DNA of 64,000 bases from a bacterium (GTDB taxonomy: Bacteria > Elusimicrobiota > Elusimicrobia > Elusimicrobiales > UBA9959), in NCBI GenBank assembly GCA_021811185.1, contig JAJZPL010000002.1:90483-154482 (forward strand). Reading direction: 5' to 3'. A model generated the notes under the pieces. It saw nothing but the letters and a program-made list of their open reading frames with translations. It searched no databases and was not told where the DNA came from. Shown here piece after piece: positions 1 to 10,800 of the stretch; position 1 is the first letter of the stretch; each line of letters begins with the position of its first letter. Both the position numbers and the translations under genes were made by a program.

Positions 1-1
1 G

Positions 2-262
2 CATCCGCTCTTTTGCGAGAAGACCGCGGGCACTATGCATTTTGCGCTGGGGAACTGCTTTCCCGACGGGTTTTCCAAAAAACCGGACTCCAAAAAGGGC
101 GCCGCCCGGTTCTGCGCCCTGCTGGGGTCCGGAGTCGCCAACGCATCCTCGCAGCATACCGACCTGGTAGTATCTTTCCGCAAGGGCGGCGCCGGGCGGG
201 CCGTCTTTCTGGATGACCGGCGGCTGGAGCTGCGCGACGGGAATTGGGCTCCCGGTTCCTGA
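2..262 (+). CDS. Aminopeptidase (M29/thermophilic metalloprotease-like), 3' fragment
   Basis: Frame open from base 2: HPLFCEKTAGTMHFALGNCFP...NASSQHTDLV matches the M29 C-terminal pattern EK.GT.H.ALG...N.S..H.D; 5' part lies outside the window. Confidence 0.6.
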   Translation, partial: HPLFCEKTAGTMHFALGNCFPDGFSKKPDSKKGAARFCALLGSGVANASSQHTDLVVSFRKGGAGRAVFLDDRRLELRDGNWAPGS

Positions 263-302
263 ACCCTCCCGGGACCGGCGCGGAAGCTGCGGCAGATAAA
301 AA

Positions 303-2483
303 ATGAAAACGAACCTTAAGATGATCCTGCTGGTGGTGGGCATGAGCCTGGCCATGTTCCTTGGGATCTTCGCTTTTCACGCGTACAGGTTCGAGCACAG
401 CTACAAGCGCGAGTTCCTGCTGGAAAAGAAGGGCTTTGGCGAACAAGTATCCGGCATCGCCCTGACCGGGCTGCAGACTTCCAATTTCTTCGAGCTTTCT
501 CGCCTGGCCACCGGGCTTTTCAGGGCGGATTCGATGTTGTACCTGGCTGTCTTGGACGATGCCGGGCAGGAGGTGCATTTATGTACCGAGAGCGATATCG
601 GAAAGATAGAGGAGTTCCGTAAAAAATTTACCGCTGACGTTATCCAGGAAAAATTGAGTTTTGACGGAAAAAGCGTTGCCGTCGTGCGTTCGGAGGTGCG
701 GGACGACACAGGGAAGCTTTGGGGCACGGTGGAGATCGCATATTACTGGGATTCAGCGTACCGGATCTTCCTGGACCAGCTGGTAAGCGTATTTGTTTTT
801 TGCGTTATTTTTATCCCCGTCTGGAGCGCGATCCTGCTTTATAATACCAGGGCGCTCCTGCGTCCGCTGGACCAATTTGTAACGAATCTCAGGGAAATAG
901 AGGCGGAGTGGCCTATTCCCGTAGGGGATTTTAATTCGCGCCTGGTCCCGGCTAAGGCCAATTCTGAGGTCAAGGTGCTGCTGGACGTACTGCGCACCTC
1001 CCTGGTAAAACTTATCGCGGCGCAGGAAGCTCACGAGAAGGAAGCGAAGTTCTCGGCCCTGGGGAAACAGGCCGCGCAGGTGGCGCACGATATCCGCTCC
1101 CCGCTGGCCGCGATGGATTCCATTACCAGGGACACCGCGCATCTGCCCGAGGAAAAACGCGTTATTCTCCGCAGCGCCGTCGGCCGTATCCGGGACATCG
1201 CGAACGACCTGATAGAAAAGAACCGGCAGTTGCCGGCGGCCGCCGCCGCCGGGGCCTCGTCCGAACCTCCTTCCGCCCAGCTGCTTTCGGCTCTTATCGA
1301 GTCCATCGTCACCGAGAAGCGCCTCCAGTTCCGCTCGAAGATCGGGGTGGAGATTGACGCCAGGCTTGAAAAAGATTCCTATGGGCTGTTCGCCAGGATA
1401 AACCCCGGCGAATTCAAGAGGGTGTTGTCCAATATCCTTAACAACGCCGTAGAAGCTTTGGAGAAGACCGGGTCCGTGATAATCCGGATGGCGCCTGCGG
1501 GCGGCGGCATCTCCATCACCGTTAAAGACAATGGCAAAGGTATTCCGGAGAAGATCCTGGCCCGGCTTGGCCGGCGCGGCGAAACGCACGGGAAAGCCGG
1601 CGGGTCCGGGCTCGGGCTTTACCATGCCAGGACCGCGGCGGAGGCTTGGGGGGGGGCCTTGTTGATAAGTTCCGAGGCCGGCCGCGGGACGGTAGTAGAG
1701 TTAAAAGTTCCCAGGGCCGATATCCCCGGCTGGTTCCTGCCGAAGCTGGAGCTCGCTCCTGGAGAGCAGGTTGTGGTGCTCGACGACGACACTAGTATCC
1801 ACCAGGTGTGGCAGGGCCGTTTCGACTCCCTCCGCGCCGGCGAGAAGGGCGTCGGGCTGCTGCATTTCTCTACCCCTGCCGAGTTCCGCGCCTGGGTGAC
1901 CGGCAATCCGCCGGTTTCCGGAAAAGCCCTTTATCTGCTGGATTATGAACTGTTCGGATACACTGAAACGGGATTAAGCCTGGCCGAAGAGCTTCAGCTT
2001 GGCCCCCGCTCCGTCCTGGTGACCAGCCGGTACGAGGAGAAACAGCTCCTGGAGCACTGCGTCCGGCTGAAAATGCGGCTGATGCCGAAGGGCCTGGCGG
2101 GGCTTATCCCGATCGGCATCGGGGAAGGCTCCCCGGCCGAAGGCGGGGCGGCCGCCGCGCCGGCATCCGTCGTGCTTATTGACGACGATATGCTGGTGCA
2201 TATGAACTGGAAGCTGGCCGCCAAGGCCGCCGGCATTGGCTTAACGGCCTTTACCGATCCGGCGCTTTTTTCCGCCAATATCGGGACTTTCTCCAAGGAG
2301 ACGCCGCTGTATATAGATTCCGAACTGGGCGGCGGCGTGGAAGGGGAAGAGATCGCCAAAGATCTGCGCGGCAAAGGCTTTTTTAATATTACCATGACTA
2401 CCGGGCATGACCACGAAAAATTCGCTCATCTTACCTGGCTGAAGGTTATCGGGAAAGAGCCGCCTTTCGGCGGCGAGCGCTAG
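303..2483 (+). CDS. Hybrid sensor histidine kinase with two C-terminal receiver-like domains
   Basis: Two TM segments, H-box QVAHDIRSPL, N-box NILNNAVEA, G-boxes DNGKG and GSGLGL, then VVVLDDD and VVLIDDD receiver starts. Confidence 0.9.
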   Translation: MKTNLKMILLVVGMSLAMFLGIFAFHAYRFEHSYKREFLLEKKGFGEQVSGIALTGLQTSNFFELSRLATGLFRADSMLYLAVLDDAGQEVHLCTESDIGKIEEFRKKFTADVIQEKLSFDGKSVAVVRSEVRDDTGKLWGTVEIAYYWDSAYRIFLDQLVSVFVFCVIFIPVWSAILLYNTRALLRPLDQFVTNLREIEAEWPIPVGDFNSRLVPAKANSEVKVLLDVLRTSLVKLIAAQEAHEKEAKFSALGKQAAQVAHDIRSPLAAMDSITRDTAHLPEEKRVILRSAVGRIRDIANDLIEKNRQLPAAAAAGASSEPPSAQLLSALIESIVTEKRLQFRSKIGVEIDARLEKDSYGLFARINPGEFKRVLSNILNNAVEALEKTGSVIIRMAPAGGGISITVKDNGKGIPEKILARLGRRGETHGKAGGSGLGLYHARTAAEAWGGALLISSEAGRGTVVELKVPRADIPGWFLPKLELAPGEQVVVLDDDTSIHQVWQGRFDSLRAGEKGVGLLHFSTPAEFRAWVTGNPPVSGKALYLLDYELFGYTETGLSLAEELQLGPRSVLVTSRYEEKQLLEHCVRLKMRLMPKGLAGLIPIGIGEGSPAEGGAAAAPASVVLIDDDMLVHMNWKLAAKAAGIGLTAFTDPALFSANIGTFSKETPLYIDSELGGGVEGEEIAKDLRGKGFFNITMTTGHDHEKFAHLTWLKVIGKEPPFGGER

Positions 2484-2555
2484 ACGGCCGCGGGGCCGGG
2501 GTCGCGTACGGATGAGAGGCATCAGGTCAGGCAGAAATGCCGAAAGGGGAGTTCC

Positions 2556-3569
2556 ATGAAGAAAGACGCTTTAAAACTCGTGTTCGTCCTGGCGATCGCC
2601 GCTCTTCCGGGCTGCGGCAAGAAGCAGGACGCCGCCTACGCGCAGTCGGCTGTAGTAATGGGTGTGCAGGCCCAGGTTAAGGTCTACGGGGCCGACGCCG
2701 CCGCCGGTAAGCCCATCGCCGACGCCATCCTGGCCGAATTCAGGCGCGTCGACGGCGAATTCAGCTTTACCGAGCCTTACAGCCAGACCTCCCTGGTCAA
2801 CAAGAAAGCCGCCGCCGGATGGGTGAAGGTGGACGACGAGTTCCTGCGCCTGCTCGGACTTTCGCTGAGTTACTACCAGCTTACCGGGGGGGCTTTCGAC
2901 ATCACTTTCGCGCCGCTCTGGCCCATCTGGAAGGAGGCCGCCTCCAGCCGCAAGATGCCGGCCAAAGAGGAGATCGCCCGCGCGCTGGAGAACATGGGTT
3001 CCAACAACGTGCAGGTGGACGCGGCCCGGAAGATGGTGCATTTCCTGAAGCCCGTGCAGATCAACATGGGCGGGATCCTGCGCGGCTACAGCTTCGTGCG
3101 GGTCTACGGCATCCTGAAGCAGCTGCCCCCGGCCTACCCCGTAGAGGTGCGCCTGGGGGGGAACATGCTGGCCTACGGCAAAAGGCCCTGGAAGTACGAG
3201 GTGGCCGACCCCTTCCACGAAGATAAGACTTTCGGCACCATCTCTTTCGACCAGGGCGTGGTGATGTCCTCCTCGGGGCGCGAGCGTTTCGTGCAGATAG
3301 AGGGCAAACTTTATTCCCACATCCTCGACCTTAAGACCGGTTACCCGCTGGAAAACTTCTCCAACCTCATCGTCTACTTCCCGCGCATGGAGAACGAGAA
3401 CTACCTGGCCTCCGCCATGCTGGCCGTAATGGGAAAGGAGAAGGCCTTCAGCCTGTTGTCCAGGATGAAAGGCTCCACGGCCGTCTGGATAGACGGGCAG
3501 GGCAGGGAGAGCGTGCTGGCCACCCCCACGAGCACCGCGAAGTGGGAAAGAAAGAAAAGCTTTTTCTAG
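2556..3569 (+). CDS. apbE: FAD:protein FMN transferase lipoprotein
   Basis: Lipobox LPGC; GGAFDITFAPL, NMGGILRGY, SHILDLKTGYP motifs. Confidence 0.85.
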   Translation: MKKDALKLVFVLAIAALPGCGKKQDAAYAQSAVVMGVQAQVKVYGADAAAGKPIADAILAEFRRVDGEFSFTEPYSQTSLVNKKAAAGWVKVDDEFLRLLGLSLSYYQLTGGAFDITFAPLWPIWKEAASSRKMPAKEEIARALENMGSNNVQVDAARKMVHFLKPVQINMGGILRGYSFVRVYGILKQLPPAYPVEVRLGGNMLAYGKRPWKYEVADPFHEDKTFGTISFDQGVVMSSSGRERFVQIEGKLYSHILDLKTGYPLENFSNLIVYFPRMENENYLASAMLAVMGKEKAFSLLSRMKGSTAVWIDGQGRESVLATPTSTAKWERKKSFF

Positions 3570-3578
3570 GCTGTGCAA

Positions 3579-3629
3579 AAAAAGGGGACAGGCTACTTTA
3601 TTTTAAATAAAGTAGCCTGTCCCCTTTTT
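3579..3629. repeat. Long palindrome, copy 1 (REP-like element / bidirectional terminator)
   Basis: AAAAAGGGGACAGGCTACTTTATTT-T-AAATAAAGTAGCCTGTCCCCTTTTT between convergent genes; near-identical copy at 12397. Confidence 0.9.
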
Positions 3630-3631
3630 AG

Positions 3632-4120
3632 TTATCTTATCTCTTCGAACTCGCCTTTGGCCTTGTTCTTGCGCACGTTGTCCCAGTTGAAGTACCTGCC
3701 GTTCATGGCGATGTAAACGCCCGGGGGCAGGACCTGCGCGAACGAGAGCGCCGAGCCGAGGTTGAACATCCCGTCGGAGGAGCCGAACTTGTAGGGGATC
3801 ATGGCGCCGGTGAGCACCACGGTCTTGTCCTTCACTTTCGGCCCGAGCACGGCCGCGGTCTCCGGCATGGTGTCGGTGCCGTGCGTGATGACGATGCGCT
3901 TCTCGGCGCAGGCCAGGCATTCCGCCAGGACCTTCGCGCGGTGCGGCGCCTTCATGAAGAGGCTGTCGATCATCATCAGGGTCTTCACTTTTACCGGCAC
4001 GCGCGAGCGCCCCAGCTTGAGCATCTCCTGCAGGTGGGTCTCCCGGAAGAACAGCTCGCCGTTAAGCTCGTTGTACTCCTTGTCGAAAGTCCCGCCGGTG
4101 ATGAGCAGTTTTATCGTCAT
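3632..4120 (-). CDS. Short-chain L-asparaginase (N-terminal domain only)
   Basis: TGGTFDK, ITHGTDTM, VLTGAMIP motifs; 162 aa. Confidence 0.85.
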   Translation of the reverse strand: MTIKLLITGGTFDKEYNELNGELFFRETHLQEMLKLGRSRVPVKVKTLMMIDSLFMKAPHRAKVLAECLACAEKRIVITHGTDTMPETAAVLGPKVKDKTVVLTGAMIPYKFGSSDGMFNLGSALSFAQVLPPGVYIAMNGRYFNWDNVRKNKAKGEFEEIR

Positions 4121-4123
4121 CGT

Positions 4124-5566
4124 TTATTTCCTGCCGTCCTGCAGGAAGGCCAGGTAGCCCTTGTAGGCCATGTAGATGTCCAGCTTGCCGGCCAGTTCCA
4201 TCGGGGCGTGCATCGAGAACAGGCCTACGCCGCAGTCCACTACTTTCATGCCGTAGCGGGCCATCAGGTAGGAGATCGTGCCGGCGCCGCCCTGGTCCAC
4301 CTTGCCGAGTTCGCCGGTTTGCCAGAGCACGCCGTTCTTGTCGAAGATGCGGCGGATATGCGCCAGGAATTCGGCGCTGGCGTCTGAAGAACCGGACTTC
4401 CCGCGCGCTCCGGTGAATTTAGTGACGCAGACGCCGTGGTTGACGATGGCGGAGTTCTTCTTGTCGAAGAACCCGGGGAACATTGGGTCGAACAGCGCGT
4501 TGACGTCGGCCGAAAGCATCCACGAATTGCTGAGCGCGCGTTTGAGCGCGAGTTCGCTGTATGCGTTCGTAGTGAGGTTAAGCAGTTCCGAGGCCGCGTT
4601 CTCGAAGAAGTTCGAGGCCATACCGGTGGAACCGACGGAGCCGATTTCTTCCTTGTCGCAGAGCAGTACGCAGGACGTATATTCCGGCACGCCCTTAAGG
4701 TCTAGCAGCGCTTTGAGCCCGGTGTAGGCGCAGACGCGGTCGTCGTGGCCGTAGGAGAGGATCATTGACCGGTCCAGGCCAGCTTCGCGGGGCTTGCCCG
4801 CGGGCACCATTTCGAGTTCGGCCGAAAGGAAATCCTCTTCGTTTATGCCGTATTTCGCGTGCAGCAGCTTGAGGATGTTGTACTTGAATTTTTCCTTGCG
4901 GTCTTTCTCGTCAGCCGGCACAGAGCCGAACACCACATCCAGGCCTTCTCCCGGGATGGCCTCGCCCAGCGGCTTCTTGGCCTGGTCCGCGGCTATGTGC
5001 GGCAGCAGGTCGGTTATGCAGAACACGGGGTCCGAGGGGTCCTCGCCAATGCTGACCTTGACCTTTCTGCCGTCGGACTTTACGAACACGCCGTGCAGCG
5101 CCAGCGGGATCGTTACCCATTGGTATTTCCGGATGCTGCCGTAATAATGGGTGTCCAGCAGGGCCAGGTCGCCGTTCTCGTAGAGCGGGTTCTGTTTTAT
5201 ATCTATGCGGGGGGCGTCGGTGTGGCCGCCCACGATGTGCATGCCGGCTTCCAGCGGTTTTTTGCCGACCACAATGGCCATCAGCGTCTTGCCTTCGCAG
5301 GACTTGTAAACCTTGTCGCCGGGGTTCAGGCGGATGTTCTCTTTCTCGTGCTTCGCCATGTCCGAGAAACCGGCGGCTTCCAGCAGCAGCACGGCCTCGT
5401 CATGGGCCTCGCGCTCGGTCTTGGCCTTGCCTATGAAATCCATGTACATCTTGTTGAGCTCGTCGGAGCGTTTCAGGTCGGCGGGAGAGATCTTCTCATA
5501 GCCGTTCTTGTTGGTGAAAGAGAGGTCCTGCTGCTTGCCGGTCTTTTTCGCGGGTTTAGTTTTCAT
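4124..5566 (-). CDS. M18 family aminopeptidase
   Basis: GHTDAPR, GHDDRVC, DKEEIGS, SMHAPME motifs. Confidence 0.9.
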   Translation of the reverse strand: MKTKPAKKTGKQQDLSFTNKNGYEKISPADLKRSDELNKMYMDFIGKAKTEREAHDEAVLLLEAAGFSDMAKHEKENIRLNPGDKVYKSCEGKTLMAIVVGKKPLEAGMHIVGGHTDAPRIDIKQNPLYENGDLALLDTHYYGSIRKYQWVTIPLALHGVFVKSDGRKVKVSIGEDPSDPVFCITDLLPHIAADQAKKPLGEAIPGEGLDVVFGSVPADEKDRKEKFKYNILKLLHAKYGINEEDFLSAELEMVPAGKPREAGLDRSMILSYGHDDRVCAYTGLKALLDLKGVPEYTSCVLLCDKEEIGSVGSTGMASNFFENAASELLNLTTNAYSELALKRALSNSWMLSADVNALFDPMFPGFFDKKNSAIVNHGVCVTKFTGARGKSGSSDASAEFLAHIRRIFDKNGVLWQTGELGKVDQGGAGTISYLMARYGMKVVDCGVGLFSMHAPMELAGKLDIYMAYKGYLAFLQDGRK

Positions 5567-5650
5567 TGCTGCCTCCTGTGGCGGTTTTGCTGGAAATTCT
5601 ATTTATATATTAGCATAATCTTTTTGCTATTATAGTACTACCGAATCAAC

Positions 5651-6859
5651 ATGAATTCCGACGGCTACTCCAAAAAAGTCCTAACCCTCATCTTCTGCCT
5701 CAGCCTTTTTAACTATATAGACCGCCAGGTCCTTTACGCGGTCTTCCCGCTTATAAAAACGGACCTGCGCCTGAGCGATTCCGAGCTGGGCTTCCTGGCC
5801 TCCTCGTTCATGATCGTCTATATGTGCTTCGCCCCTTTCACAGGGTACCTGGGCGACAGGATACGCCGGCCGCTCATCCTGGGCGTAAGCGCCATTTTCT
5901 GGAGCATCTCCACGGTCTTCAGCGGCATCGCGAAGACCTACGGCCAGCTGATCTTCGCCCGCTCGGCGGTAGGCATAGGCGAGGCGGGTTACGCCACCGT
6001 CTCCCCGTCTTTCCTGGCGGAGTGGTTCCCGGTGGAAAAGCGGGCCAGGGTGATGGCCCTTTACGCGCTGGCCATCCCGGCCGGCAGCGCCGTGGGCTAC
6101 CTGCTGGGCGGCTACCTGGGCCAGCGATTCGGCTGGCGTAACGCCTTTTATATAGTGGCCGTGCCGGGGATGCTGCTGGGCGTGACCTCGTTCTTCCTGA
6201 AAGAAACTCCGGAAAAGAAGGAGCGCTCGGAGCATATCCCGCTGAAGGGCTACCTTGCGCTTTTTAAGAACCGCACCTACCTGCTGATCAGCCTCTCGCA
6301 GGCCATCGGCACTTTCTCCATAGGCGGGCTGGCCGCCTGGATGCCTTCCTATTTCGTGCGCGCCTTCGGGCTGTCCGTGGCCAGGGCCGGCTTCCTTTTC
6401 GGCGCGGTTACGGTGACGGCGGGCATCGCCGGCAGTTTCGCCGGGGGCTGGGCGGCCGACTGGCTGCACAAGCGCACCAGACGCGCCTACTTCATAGTGG
6501 GCTACCTTAGTTTCTTCATCAGTATCCCGTTCGGGGTACTGGCCGTGCTTACCTCGAACCTGAACCTGGCGCTCGCCATGGTCTTCCTGTCCGAGTTCTT
6601 CATCTTCGCCTATTCCGGGCCTTACCACGCCGCTATCGTCGAGACCGTGCCGGTCACCATGCGCTCCATGGCCTTCGCGCTGAACATCTTCATCATCCAC
6701 GCGCTGGGCGACGCGGTCTCGCCTTTCCTGCTGGGCATCGTTTCGGACGCCGCCGGCCTGCAGGTGGCCATCTTCCTCGCCATGATCTACCTGCTGCTGG
6801 GCGGAGTAACCTCCATCCTGGCGGGGGAAACTTACAAGAAGGATTTCCATATCGCATGA
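5651..6859 (+). CDS. MFS transporter (spinster-like)
   Basis: NYIDRQ, GYLGDRIRR motif A, RSAVGIGEA; about 12 TM segments. Confidence 0.9.
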   Translation: MNSDGYSKKVLTLIFCLSLFNYIDRQVLYAVFPLIKTDLRLSDSELGFLASSFMIVYMCFAPFTGYLGDRIRRPLILGVSAIFWSISTVFSGIAKTYGQLIFARSAVGIGEAGYATVSPSFLAEWFPVEKRARVMALYALAIPAGSAVGYLLGGYLGQRFGWRNAFYIVAVPGMLLGVTSFFLKETPEKKERSEHIPLKGYLALFKNRTYLLISLSQAIGTFSIGGLAAWMPSYFVRAFGLSVARAGFLFGAVTVTAGIAGSFAGGWAADWLHKRTRRAYFIVGYLSFFISIPFGVLAVLTSNLNLALAMVFLSEFFIFAYSGPYHAAIVETVPVTMRSMAFALNIFIIHALGDAVSPFLLGIVSDAAGLQVAIFLAMIYLLLGGVTSILAGETYKKDFHIA

Positions 6860-7503
6860 AAGACCTATTCGAAGTGGTAAAAGAGACCCCGGAACTGCTG
6901 GTGATCAACAAGCCTTCGGGCCTGCTCACCATGCCCGCGCGCGGCGACCTGGCCAAGGAGAAGCACCTGGTGGGCCTGCTGCACCAGAAGTTCGGCAAGG
7001 TCTACGTGACCCACCGCCTCGACCGCGACGCCAGCGGCCTGATCATTTTCGCGCGCACCGCCGCGGCGCACCGCTACTACTCCGGGCTCTTCGAGACCCG
7101 CGAGGTGGAGAAGCACTACCTGGTGGTGGTGGAGGGAAAGATAGAGGAGCGGCGGGGCGAGATAGACAAGCCGCTGAAAGAGCGGGGCTCCGGGCGCATG
7201 TCCGTAGTGTTCGACGGTAAAAAGTCGCTCACCAGGTATTCCGTGATCGAAAAGCTGAAAGCCTCCACGATCCTGGACGTTTCCATAGTGACCGGCAGGC
7301 GGCACCAGATCCGGGCGCATATGTATTCCATCGAGCACCCGGTGCTTGGCGACAGGCTTTACGGCGACGCCGTGAAGCAGGCCAGGTACCCGCGGCTGAT
7401 GCTGCATTCCTGGAAGCTCAAGTTTAAGGATATGGGCGGCAAGACCCTGTCCTTCGAAGTGTATCCGCCTAAGGATTTCATGGGCGTGCTGAAAGTGCTC
7501 TGA
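6856..7503 (+). CDS. RluA-family pseudouridine synthase
   Basis: NKPSGL, HRLDRDASG, TGRRHQIRAH, GDRLYG. Confidence 0.92.
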   Translation: MKDLFEVVKETPELLVINKPSGLLTMPARGDLAKEKHLVGLLHQKFGKVYVTHRLDRDASGLIIFARTAAAHRYYSGLFETREVEKHYLVVVEGKIEERRGEIDKPLKERGSGRMSVVFDGKKSLTRYSVIEKLKASTILDVSIVTGRRHQIRAHMYSIEHPVLGDRLYGDAVKQARYPRLMLHSWKLKFKDMGGKTLSFEVYPPKDFMGVLKVL

Positions 7504-7617
7504 AATAATATAGAATCCGGGTATGCGCCGTTGACCAAGGCATCTTCGCGGTGCCTTGTTCTTTTATGAAACTCAGGGGTTCCGGGGGCATCTGATTATG
7601 CGGTACAGGGAGGGGTT

Positions 7618-7824
7618 ATGATAACCAAGAACGTCGGCAATGCGGACAGGATCATAAGGATCGTAGTCGGCCTGGCTTTATTTTTCGCGGCCTACAGCAC
7701 CGGCGGCGCCGCCGCCATCGTGCTGGCTATAGCCGGGGTGATAGCGCTGGCCACGGGGCTTATAGGCTGGTGCGGCCTGTATACCCTGCTGGGCATAAAC
7801 ACCTGCAAGATAGACAAGCCCTAG
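7618..7824 (+). CDS. DUF2892/YgaP-like small membrane protein
   Basis: NVGNADRIIR...WCGLYTLLGINTC; SD GGGAGG upstream. Confidence 0.85.
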   Translation: MITKNVGNADRIIRIVVGLALFFAAYSTGGAAAIVLAIAGVIALATGLIGWCGLYTLLGINTCKIDKP

Positions 7825-7826
7825 CC

Positions 7827-10800
7827 TTACCTGGCGGACAGTTGCAATTCCGCCGAACTCTCGACTCCCCCGGAGAGGAAGGTTATTCCGACCTTCTGCC
7901 CGGGGGAGAGTTTTTTTAGCGCCTCGGAATAGGCCTTCAGCCCGTCCACCGGTTCCCCGTTAACCGCTATGATAACGTCGCCGGCCCTGAAGGCGGTGGC
8001 CGCCAGCGGCGAGCCCGGGGTTACGTCCTGGGCGCGCACGCCTTTCCCTTCGAACGTGAAATCCGGCACCAGGCCCGTGGAAACTTTGCGCGCGGGCCCC
8101 GCGGCCTTCACCGCGCCCGCCGCGCCGGAAGGGCGGGTGAGGAAGTCGGAATCGCCGGCCAGGTAATCTATGATCTCGCGCGCGAATTCGGCCTGTTTTA
8201 CGATGCCGGCCGCGTCTATCTTCTCCGCCGTGTCGGTGGGCTTGTGGTAGTCCGCCTTGGGGCCGCTGAAGAACTGCACCGCCGGCACGCCTTTCTCTAT
8301 GAAGGAAACCTGGTCGCTGGAATCCAGGTCCTCCTTTACCAGGTCGTAGTCCGCGCCGGTGACGAAACCTGCCCCGCGGAAAATATGCACCCATTTATCC
8401 GACGAGTTAGCCCCCAGCACCAGGACCTTGCCGCTCCCCAGGCGGCCGACCGTGTCGAAGTTCAAGGCGGCGTCCATCTTCTCCGCTGCACCTGCCGGCA
8501 GCCCCGTCATGAAAGCCCTTGAGCCCGCCAGCCCGGCCTCTTCCCCGTCGAAAGCGGCGAATATTATGGAGCGCGGGGCGGGGTGTTTGCCGTAATAGCG
8601 CGCCAGTTCCAGCAGCAGCGCCACGCCCGAGGCGTTGTCGTCCGCGCCCGGGTAGACCGCCCCGTTAGCGGCCGGCAGGTGGTCGTAATGCGCGCTCAAT
8701 ACCACGGTTTCTTCTTTTTTCGAAACTCCGGGCAGAATGCCCAGCACGTTGGCCAACCCTGGTTTGTTCTGCTCCGCGGTGAAGTCCTTTCCGTTAAAAG
8801 GTTTAAGCCCCGCTTTTTTAAATTCAGAAACTATATACGCGGCGGCTTTCTCATGGCCGCGCGATCCCGGGCTCCTGCCTCCGGGCAGAGCGGCCAGGAA
8901 CTCCACGGTGTCCTTTATCCGGTCTTTCGAGAAGGCCGAGGGCGGTTCGGCCAGCGCCGTTCTCGGGTGAGGGTTCGGAGTTACATCCCCTCCGCCGGGA
9001 AGGTCGCGGGCCAGGGGGGAGGCCGATATCTCCCACAGCCCGGCGGCGAGGGAATTCATCCCGCGGTCGAAAACGAGCCAGGAGTATTTGCCGTAATGCG
9101 GCAGTTTTACGGCCAGCAGCGGCAGCTTATCCGGGCTGCCCGAGATTACCAGCCCGGCGGAGAGGCCGGCGAAGACAAAAGTGTTCCCTTCGCGCGGGAA
9201 GCGGCGGTTGCCTATGGTTACGGTGTCCGTCGAGAAGCGCGCGCCGTAGACTTCCAGGTCCTTTTCCAGGCCCGGGGCCAGCCTGTTCTCCGAGCCAAGC
9301 ACCCAGTAAGCGCCGCCGGAAGGCGCCGTGCCGGTGTCGGAGAGAACTGCCGGCAGGTTCTCTTTGTCCTTGGTCCAGGCGCCGGCCAGGGCGCGCCAGG
9401 GCGCGGCGGCGCCGCCGGGGGGGAGGACCAGGCCCGGGGTCTTCGCGCCCAGCAGGCGGGAAAGGGTGGGGGGAGTTTCACCCGGGTCGAGCTTCCGGAA
9501 CACGTCGAAGTCCGGGTCTATCTCCAGCCGCTCGGGGCGGACCGGGGAGGTGTAGGTGTAAGTCTCTTCCCTGGAATCCATGGCCAGCATCTTGACGCGT
9601 GGCTGGCCGAGGCCCTTTATGTAGATGGACGCCGGCACCTGCAGCGCGTAGGCCGGGCCGTCCTGCTTCTGTACCAGGGTGAACTGCAGGTCGTAGCCTT
9701 CCAGCCCCGGGCCCAGCTTCACGTCCTTCAGCTCCAGCTCGGGCGCGCCCGCGCGTTCCGTCCACTGTGCGAAGAAGTCTTTGAGCCGCCCGGCCCCGGT
9801 GAATTTTTCGAAAGAAGCCCGCAGGTCCGCGTACGAGGCGTACTTGAACTTGTTCGTCGCGTAAAAATCCCTCAGCGCTTTCCTGAAATTGTCGTCGCCG
9901 ACCAGGTTCCTGAGCATGTGGAACATCATAAGGGCTTTGCCGTAGCCCACCGCTTCGGAGGCGGAGGAGTGCCGCGAGCGGAAGGCGGTCAGCGGGAAAT
10001 CCTTGCCGGCCGAGACGTAGTCCGCGTACTTCTGCAGCGTGGTCATGCGGTACTCGCGCCCTTTGCCGCGGTATTCGGCTATAAGGTAGTCGGCCAGGTA
10101 GGCTGTGAGGCCTTCGGACCAGTTGCCTTTTTCATAATCCACGAACACGCCGTTGCCCCACCAGTTGTGCAGGATCTCGTGCGGGTAGGAAGAGTTCAGG
10201 ATGAAAGGCAGGCGCAGTACCTGCGGCCCGAGCAGCGTGAACGACGGGAGGCCGTAGCCGGTATCCCAGAAATTCTCTACCAGCGCGAACTTGCCGTAGG
10301 GATAAGGGCCTATCAGGTCCGAATACATCTTGATATACTTCGTGTCGGCTTCCAGGTATTTGGAGGCAAGCGCCTCGTCGGGCGAGCGCAGGAAAACGTA
10401 ATACGTCCGCGGGCCGTCCTTGACGGAGTATTCGGAGTATTTGCCGCAGGTCAGGGTTATCTCGTCCTGGGGGACCCTGGTATCCCAGACCGTCCGGTTC
10501 GTCCCGTCCCCGGTCTTGCGGCTGACCCTGTCGCCGCCCGCCACGGTGTCGTACGGGGCCGGGAGCGCGGTCCGCAGCCGGAATGTGACCAGCGCGCCGG
10601 CCGTGAAGGGGTACCAGCCGGAGGACCCCGCCAGGTAGCAGCCGTCGGCGGAGATGATGCCGGGTGTTTCGGAGAAGGAGCGCGAATATTCCTCGGCCTG
10701 TTCGCCCAGCGGGTGCGCTATTACGCCGGCATACTTAAGCCTGAAAGACCGGAAGGCTTTGGGGGAGGCCAGCCGGTAGGTTTCCATCGGCGCGGAGTCC

